Shown here: piece after piece, positions 57,850 through 62,973 of the stretch | Position numbering within the stretch: position 1 is the first letter of the stretch | Layout of the letters: every line of letters starts with the position of its first letter | DNA from: Anaerolinea thermophila | GTDB lineage: Bacteria; Chloroflexota; Anaerolineae; Anaerolineales; UBA4823 | Direction: 5' to 3' | NCBI GenBank assembly: GCA_020724505.1 | Contig: DYGV01000003.1 | Span: forward strand, 1-62,973 | DNA: 62,973 nt | Notes under the pieces: model-generated | Told to the model about the DNA's origin: nothing | What the model saw: only the letters and a program-made list of their open reading frames with translations | Database searches by the model: none | Made by a program: the position numbers and the translations under genes

Positions 57850-59004
57850 TCAATAAATGGGCTGACTCGGATCTACTTCCATCGCCCAGGCGTTGATTCC
57901 GCCTTGTAAATTCTTCACCTTGCGAAAACCAGCGCTCAGCAACAATTCCAGCGCCCGCGCCGAGCGAGTGCCCGCCTTACAAAACACCACCATCTCCTCG
58001 GCGCTATCCAGCTCCGAAAGGCGCGAGGCAAGCTGCCCCAGCGGGATAAGTGTGGCGCCTTCGATGCGCGAGATTTGCAATTCATGCGGCTCGCGCACAT
58101 CCAACAACCTCAGGTGATTGCCTCTTCTGAGGCGCTCCGCCAATTCGGTAGCCGTAATATCCCAGCCGCCGCCCACCGCGCCGCTGTCATGATCGTGACC
58201 TGGCACGCCACAGAAAGCCTCGTAGTCTATTAGCTCGGTGACCTCTGGGTTGGGGCCGCACACCTTACAATTGGGGTTCTTGCGCAACTTGACGAACTCG
58301 AAGGACATATCCAGGGCGTTATAGAGCAACAAACGCCCAATCAACGGCTCACCAATGCCCAACAGCACTTTGATCGCCTCGGTGGCCTGCAGTGTGCCGA
58401 TCGTGCCGGGCAGCACGCCCAGGACGCCACCCTCCGCGCAGGATGGCACCAGCCCTGGCGGCGGCGGCTCCGGGAACAGACAACGATAGCACGGGCCGCG
58501 GCGGGCATCAAAAACGCTCACCTGCCCATCGAACCGATAGATAGAGCCATACACATTGGGCTTGCCGGTCAAAACGCACAAATCGTTGGTCAGATAACGG
58601 GTGGGGAAGTTGTCCGTCCCATCAATAATCAGGTCGTAACTTTCGGCGATCTGCATGGCGTTTGCCGAGGTGAACGGCTCGTTGTATACTTCCACCTGAA
58701 TATCTGGATTCAGGTCCAGCATCCGGCGGCGCGCCGATTCGACCTTCAGCTCGCCGATACCAGAGGTGCCGTGAATGACCTGGCGCTGCAGATTGGAAAA
58801 ATCCACCACATCGTAATCCACCAGGCCAATGCGCCCAATGCCCGCAGCCGCCAGATACAACGCCACTGGCGACCCTAATCCGCCTGTGCCGATCACCAGC
58901 ACAGACGAGGCTTTGAGCTTTCGCTGCCCCTCCAGCCCCACCTCGGGGATGAGCAAATGGCGAGAGTAGCGCAGGATCTCCTGGCGCGATAGTTCCGGCA
59001 ACAT
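57850..59004 (-). CDS. moeZ: MoeB/ThiF-type adenylyltransferase fused to a rhodanese domain (MoeZ-like sulfur-carrier activating enzyme)
   Basis: Nucleotide loop GTGGLGSPVALYLAAAGIG, zinc motifs CYRC/CKVC and a C-terminal rhodanese active site FCKAGTRS. The start is placed at ATG 59004 (GGAGG 10-14 nt upstream), 1 nt after the cysO stop, rather than the track TTG at 59028. Confidence 0.85.
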   Translation of the reverse strand: MLPELSRQEILRYSRHLLIPEVGLEGQRKLKASSVLVIGTGGLGSPVALYLAAAGIGRIGLVDYDVVDFSNLQRQVIHGTSGIGELKVESARRRMLDLNPDIQVEVYNEPFTSANAMQIAESYDLIIDGTDNFPTRYLTNDLCVLTGKPNVYGSIYRFDGQVSVFDARRGPCYRCLFPEPPPPGLVPSCAEGGVLGVLPGTIGTLQATEAIKVLLGIGEPLIGRLLLYNALDMSFEFVKLRKNPNCKVCGPNPEVTELIDYEAFCGVPGHDHDSGAVGGGWDITATELAERLRRGNHLRLLDVREPHELQISRIEGATLIPLGQLASRLSELDSAEEMVVFCKAGTRSARALELLLSAGFRKVKNLQGGINAWAMEVDPSQPIY

Positions 59005-59005
59005 C

Positions 59006-59287
59006 TTAAGCCTCGCTTCCTCCGGCAATGCTTGGAATCAGCAACAAACGATCCTCTTCTTTCAAAGGGGTTCCCAGCCCTTGCAGGTCTTTGATGTTGT
59101 TTTCGCCCAAAAATAAATTGACAAACGGCCGTAAACCGCCGTTGCTATTATACAGATGCGGCTTCAAAGTTGGGTATTTCTTGAGCAGGTCCTGCAAGGC
59201 TTCTTCAACAGTCTGTCCATTGACAGTCACTTCGCTTTGACCATTGGTGTAAGACCTCAATGGCGCAGGGATTCGTAAAGTTGGCAT
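59006..59287 (-). CDS. cysO: MoaD/ThiS-family sulfur carrier protein (CysO-like) with a 3-residue extension after the GG motif
   Basis: 93 aa with a beta-grasp carrier pattern. The C-terminus is ...LLIPSIAGG-SEA. Confidence 0.8.
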   Translation of the reverse strand: MPTLRIPAPLRSYTNGQSEVTVNGQTVEEALQDLLKKYPTLKPHLYNSNGGLRPFVNLFLGENNIKDLQGLGTPLKEEDRLLLIPSIAGGSEA

Positions 59288-59311
59288 AACAAAAACTCCT
59301 CGTCCTACTGA

Positions 59312-59755
59312 TTATTGCTTCAACTCGTTGATTTGACGCAACAGTTTATCTAGCGTTGCCACGCCATGATTGACATAGCGCGGCGCCCCTTGCGCATCAA
59401 TGACAAAAGTCGTCGGGACGCTCATCACGCCCCATTGGTTCGCCATCTCCGGCTGAGCCGAAGCGTCAATTTCGATCACCTCTAAAGCGTCTCCCATTTG
59501 CTCCAGCAGGCGTTGAATGGCCGGGCGTTGCACCGTCTTGCACGGGACGCAGCCCGGTGCAGTGAAGTATAACAATGTCGCTGCGGCAGAGCGTTCTCCA
59601 GGCGTTAAAGATCTTCGGAAACGCAGCGCTGGATTGCGAGCGCGGCTCAGCGTTAGAAGACCAAACGCTCGAAAAAGCATCCATCCCAGAAAGATGATAC
59701 CTCCTGCGAAGAACAAACGCAAGATAACCCCATCGGTGAACAGATCAGGCTTCAT
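59312..59755 (-). CDS. Membrane-anchored thioredoxin-like protein
   Basis: N-terminal TM segment and the thioredoxin motif APGCVPCK. Confidence 0.75.
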   Translation of the reverse strand: MKPDLFTDGVILRLFFAGGIIFLGWMLFRAFGLLTLSRARNPALRFRRSLTPGERSAAATLLYFTAPGCVPCKTVQRPAIQRLLEQMGDALEVIEIDASAQPEMANQWGVMSVPTTFVIDAQGAPRYVNHGVATLDKLLRQINELKQ

Positions 59756-60242
59756 GGTCAGCGCGCCTCCGTGGTCGCATTCCGGGGAATACCCCTTCCG
59801 GGGGAGATTTGTAAAACCCCGGCACTTTCAATCGGCTCAGCCAATAGTACACCATGCAGCCAACGCAGAAACCGCCGAAGGCGTTCAGCGCCGCCAGCGC
59901 CGCCACCAACCATACCAGCCCCCAGCCTAACGCTGAAACGCCACTGAACAGAAAAAGCCAGCCCGCCAGCATAAATGCGCTGCCCAACCCTTGAGCAAAG
60001 CGATGCGGCTCCGCGTTATCCAGCAAGACATCTGGTTTGATCCACCCCAGAGGTCTCAGCGCGTAACGATATACGAAACCAAAGCCAGGTTGACCCAGCA
60101 GCGCGCCGATCAACATCACCACGCCCACCAACAATGCCAGCCAGGGCAGGTCAAAGATAAACGCCAGCACATTGAGCAGGATAATCACAACCTGGTTGGT
60201 CCTCAATGCAGAATGATCTATTTTCGTCAGTCTGTCTAACAT
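59745..60242 (-). CDS. DUF4395-like membrane protein
   Basis: Four hydrophobic segments and a C-terminal CVGC motif. The start is placed at ATG 60242 (AAGAGG upstream) instead of the track TTG at 60278. The family assignment is moderately confident. Confidence 0.6.
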   Translation of the reverse strand: MLDRLTKIDHSALRTNQVVIILLNVLAFIFDLPWLALLVGVVMLIGALLGQPGFGFVYRYALRPLGWIKPDVLLDNAEPHRFAQGLGSAFMLAGWLFLFSGVSALGWGLVWLVAALAALNAFGGFCVGCMVYYWLSRLKVPGFYKSPPEGVFPGMRPRRRADHEA

Positions 60243-60342
60243 GCTTGCCTCTTGATAACGTTTGACAGGATATTTCAAGAACGGTGGAGAGGGTTTTGCG
60301 TCTCACATGGGCATTGCCCCAAACCCGTGCTCTTTTCGAAAT

Positions 60343-60771
60343 TCACTCCATCGTCCGAATCATTTCTTCTAAGAATTGCGAGCGGTCTTCGCTAAGCTGC
60401 CAGGAGCGGCTCTCCACAGCTTTGCCGGACTGCACGCTGGTTATCACATATGACCAGCCGGGCATCGCCCATTCGCGATCGAACTCGGAGGGCCGGTTGG
60501 GATGGTCGGGGTGCGAGTGGAATACGCCAATCACCTCCAACCCCAGCCGCGCTGCCTCCTGTTCGCCGCGCAGATAATCTTGCGGGGTAAGCAAGTAGCG
60601 GTTGCGCCGGGCGGAGGGTTCGCGAGCGTTGGGGAAGGTGATCAACTGCGACACGCGCTTATCGCCGTTTTCGATTGCCCCTAAAAGCAAGCCCGCCCCT
60701 TCTTCGGGGTACGCCCTTTCGCCGTGAAGGTGGATCTGTTTAAGCAGTTCTTCGGCTATCTTCAACGCCAT
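60343..60771 (-). CDS. mec: JAMM/MPN+ metalloprotease (Mec-like)
   Basis: JAMM motif E...HSHPDHPNRPSEFD (HxHx7Sx2D). 142 aa. Confidence 0.85.
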   Translation of the reverse strand: MALKIAEELLKQIHLHGERAYPEEGAGLLLGAIENGDKRVSQLITFPNAREPSARRNRYLLTPQDYLRGEQEAARLGLEVIGVFHSHPDHPNRPSEFDREWAMPGWSYVITSVQSGKAVESRSWQLSEDRSQFLEEMIRTME

Positions 60772-60816
60772 TTTTTAGTTCACCTCATAAATTCCTCGCC
60801 ATGTTGGAAGATTGGC

Positions 60817-61761
60817 TTATTCCCATAACTCTTTATCGCTCAAATACTTATACCCCGCGTCGGGGAATATCGTCACCACAACCCCTTCGTCCAGTTCTTG
60901 CGCCACCTGAAGCGCAGCCGCAGCCGCCGCCCCGGACGAAATCCCGACAAACAGACCTTCCTCCCGCGCCAGACGGCGCGTCATTTCATACGCTGCTTCG
61001 GTGGATACCGCGATCGTGCGATCGGACAAATCAGGATCGAAAATGCCTGGTTGAATGGCCGACGGAATATGCTTCAAGCCCTCCAAGCCATGAAAGGGCG
61101 AATCGGGTTGCACAGCAATCAACTGGATGGATGGATGATATTGACGCAAGTAGCGTCCTACGCCAATCAACGTCCCGGATGTGCCCAATCCGGCGACGAA
61201 ATGGGTCACTTTGCCTTGCGTCTGTCCCACAATCTCAGGACCAGTGCCGAAATAATGCGCCTGCCAGTTGGCAGGGTTGTCATATTGATTGGCATAGAAA
61301 TATCGCTCCGGTTGCTCCTGCGCCATCCGCCGCGCCACGCGCAAAGCGCCATCCGAGCCTTCCGAAGGGTCGGTTAGCACGATCTCCGCCCCCAGGGCGC
61401 GCAAGATCGCAATGCGTTCTGGGCTGGCGTTGGCCGGCAGCGCCAGTGTGACCGGAATCCCCATGGCTGCGCCAAACGTGGCGTATGCAATACCCATATT
61501 GCCAGAGGTAGAGTCCAGCAAGCGCCGGCCCTGCGCGAGGCCACCATCGCAGATCGCTGCGCGCAAGATGTTGAGCGCCGGGCGATCTTTGACCGAGCCG
61601 CTGGGGTTAAACCATTCTGCCTTGGCAAGCACCTGCACTTTCGCGGAGAGGCGCGATGTCACGCGTTGTAGGCGCAGCAGCGGCGTATTGCCGACCGCGG
61701 CCTCCAGGCTGGCAGCAGCCGGGTTGGATAGCTGGAGTTGAGTTTCAACCACGGTTTGCAT
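60817..61761 (-). CDS. cysM: PLP-dependent cysteine synthase (CysM-type, presumably carrier-thiocarboxylate dependent)
   Basis: PLP-lysine motif NPSGSVKDRPAL and GTSGTLIGVG. Trimmed to ATG 61761 (GAGGAAG upstream). Confidence 0.85.
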   Translation of the reverse strand: MQTVVETQLQLSNPAAASLEAAVGNTPLLRLQRVTSRLSAKVQVLAKAEWFNPSGSVKDRPALNILRAAICDGGLAQGRRLLDSTSGNMGIAYATFGAAMGIPVTLALPANASPERIAILRALGAEIVLTDPSEGSDGALRVARRMAQEQPERYFYANQYDNPANWQAHYFGTGPEIVGQTQGKVTHFVAGLGTSGTLIGVGRYLRQYHPSIQLIAVQPDSPFHGLEGLKHIPSAIQPGIFDPDLSDRTIAVSTEAAYEMTRRLAREEGLFVGISSGAAAAAALQVAQELDEGVVVTIFPDAGYKYLSDKELWE

Positions 61762-61784
61762 TTTGATCTTCCTCGTTAAACATA

Positions 61785-61907
61785 GAACGGCCAAATAGAC
61801 TTAAACAAAAACGGGCGCTGCGTTGGCGCATCATGCGCTTTCACGCTCGACGAAACTTGTTTCGCAAGCGGGGCCGCAACCGCCCGAATTCAGTCTTTTG
61901 GCCGTTC
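61785..61907 (-). other. Highly structured ~123-nt element in the cysM 5' leader (riboswitch/attenuator-like or MITE-like)
   Basis: The terminal arms gaacggccaaa(t)agact (61785-61801) and agtcttttggccgttc (61892-61907) are complementary over 16 bp with one bulge. The inner helix is CGGGCG/CGCCCG. There are two small hairpins (cgaaac-aa-gtttcg, gcgcatgatgcgc) and a U-run GUUUUUGUUU on the minus strand. Confidence 0.4.
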
Positions 61908-62061
61908 CAAGCAGCAGACGCTGCTCTAAAGGCTACCGGATGACGAGGCGGTTATAGACCCCGCCTCAGACACATGCAAGTGTTCACAGACAGCAAACTC
62001 CCAAAGAATTTTTATGACAATCTTGATAATAATTGTATCCGAGAAATAAAATTTGTCAAGG

Positions 62062-62128
62062 GTAGTATTTCACCCCTTCCCCTCTCCCAACGTTGGGAGA
62101 GGGGAAGGGGCAGAGGTTGGGGTGAGGG
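62062..62128. repeat. REP-like palindromic element, copy 2 (38-bp perfect palindrome plus a long right arm)
   Basis: The sequence is gtagtatttc-a-ccccttcccctctcccaacgttgggagaggggaagggg-cagaggttggggtgaggg. Positions 62073-62110 are a perfect palindrome. It shares the leader and core with the copy at 10089-10149. Confidence 0.65.
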
Positions 62129-62343
62129 ACAGTTCAAAGACATAGTGAGAACACCACTTGGATATTAATTCCATTGGTTATCAACACTGAATAGGGAGAT
62201 GACCTGCTTTTGGGTTGGATCCAAATCGTTGCCCCCACCTGTGGCGGGTTGGAACTGGCGAATACCCGCCACAGGTGGAAGAGGCGAACTTCAAGAAAAG
62301 GTTAGAGAGGGATAAATCAAAGACACGATTGAGGAGGATACCA

Positions 62344-62973
62344 CTAGGCTGGGGATTCCGGCTCTTCACCGGCTCCAATTCCCAGGGGTACCCACTTTTT
62401 CGGGTCCTTCAGACGGTGTTCAATGCCGCTACGATCGTGCACCTGGTCAAAACCTTCCGGTTTAATAAACATCTGCTCGCCTTCCAACAACCCCAGCACG
62501 CCGCTCTGCCCCGGTTCAGGGCGTTTTTGTCCTTTAAACTTAGCTGCATGGCTGGGCAGATAGTCAACCGGCTCTTCATAGGTGGTGATGTAGCCTTCAT
62601 AGTTGCGCAACACCACCTTATGGTCAGACATCGAGATCAGATAGTTGGGCATCACCGGGATCTTGCCGCCGCCACCCGGAGCGTCAATGATGTATTGGTG
62701 GACGGCGTAACCGGAGGTATGCCCACGCAGACCCTCCATAATCTCCAGGCCTTTTGCCACCGGCGTGCGAAAATGCCCTGCCCCCTCCACCAGGTCGCAC
62801 TGATAGAGGTAGTAGGGTCGAACGCGGATGCGCACCAGTTTTTGCACCAGCTCGCGCTGAATGTGTACATTGTCATTCACGCCAGCTAATAACACCGCCT
62901 GGTTGCCCAAAGGAATGCCGGCGCGTGTCAGTCGGTCGCAGGCTTGCTCCAGCTCGGCGCTGATTTCATTAGG
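62344..62973 (-). CDS. kamA: Lysine 2,3-aminomutase (radical SAM, KamA family); the 5' end lies outside the window
   Basis: The C-terminal 200+ aa match KamA ([13 protein letters not shown]..., [42 protein letters not shown]). The frame stays open to the window edge. Confidence 0.8.
   Translation of the reverse strand, partial: PNEISAELEQACDRLTRAGIPLGNQAVLLAGVNDNVHIQRELVQKLVRIRVRPYYLYQCDLVEGAGHFRTPVAKGLEIMEGLRGHTSGYAVHQYIIDAPGGGGKIPVMPNYLISMSDHKVVLRNYEGYITTYEEPVDYLPSHAAKFKGQKRPEPGQSGVLGLLEGEQMFIKPEGFDQVHDRSGIEHRLKDPKKWVPLGIGAGEEPESPA

Noticed and set aside
61795-61975. SAM-I/S-box, SAM-II or T-box riboswitch upstream of cysM
   Set aside because: The diagnostic motifs are not present in the right order or spacing. 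There is no GAGGGA...GCCC...GCAACC pattern, no AG bay plus distal loop at the correct spacing, and no specifier loop. The element is kept only as an unclassified structured element.
61974-62168. 64-aa ORF (…SPLPLSQRWERGRGRGWGEG…) as a gene
   Set aside because: It is a read-through of the palindromic REP-like element. The same peptide arises wherever the repeat occurs, for example at the 3' end of the KARI-like ORF.
1-62973. CRISPR arrays, rRNA genes, transposases/integrases, prophage or defence-system genes
   Set aside because: None were seen. There are no regularly spaced repeats and no recognisable transposase, integrase, restriction, Cas or toxin-antitoxin signatures in any frame inspected.

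Overview
Gene-dense chromosomal window with about 62 CDS and one tRNA, from a moderately GC-rich bacterium. The gene content, and a palindromic repeat whose spurious translation reads ...PLSQRWERGRG..., suggest a Chloroflexota/Anaerolineae-like organism; this is inference only. All calls come from reading the ORF translations and the raw sequence by eye; no searches or folding programs were run.

Contents, left to right:
- An EtfAB plus HdrD-like Fe-S oxidoreductase operon, next to a GAF histidine kinase/NarL-type regulator pair.
- comM.
- An orphan LuxC-like/LuxE-like/KARI-like trio.
- hpt and a pterin dehydratase.
- A TetR-controlled ABC-2/HlyD export operon.
- A sugar kinase, an M20 peptidase and a GT39-like transferase.
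- tRNA-Arg(CCU).
- A housekeeping operon of mtaB, a HIT protein, a macro-domain protein and trmH.
- A TPR protein.
- An acyl-CoA dehydrogenase with a second EtfBA pair.
- ggt, a deaminase and selD.
- A run of small stress/detoxification genes.
- dtd and trpS.
- A MEMO-like protein, corC and priA.
- A polyphosphate block: a CHAD protein, ppk1 and two ppk2 genes.
- A Crp/Fnr regulator with nrfHA.
- A CysO-type sulfur-carrier cysteine synthesis cluster: cysM, mec, a DUF4395 protein, a thioredoxin-like protein, cysO and moeZ.
- A partial lysine 2,3-aminomutase gene.

Main hunt results:
1. Two genes are truncated in the ORF track by in-frame TGA codons that look like selenocysteine. One is selD, with an ...SCAG-U-ASKL motif. 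The other is an unannotated SelW/Rdx-family CxxU protein.
2. The CxxU gene is the first cistron of a T-box-controlled operon with a Trp specifier (UGG). Its stop codon overlaps the trpS start.
3. The LuxC/LuxE/KARI-like cluster has no luciferase partner genes.
4. The CysO carrier has a post-GG tail, and a JAMM protease, a DUF4395 protein and a membrane thioredoxin are encoded in the same cluster.
5. A long palindromic REP-like element is present in two reciprocally truncated copies. One copy supplies the C-terminus of the KARI-like ORF.
6. Several structured leaders and candidate operators were also found.
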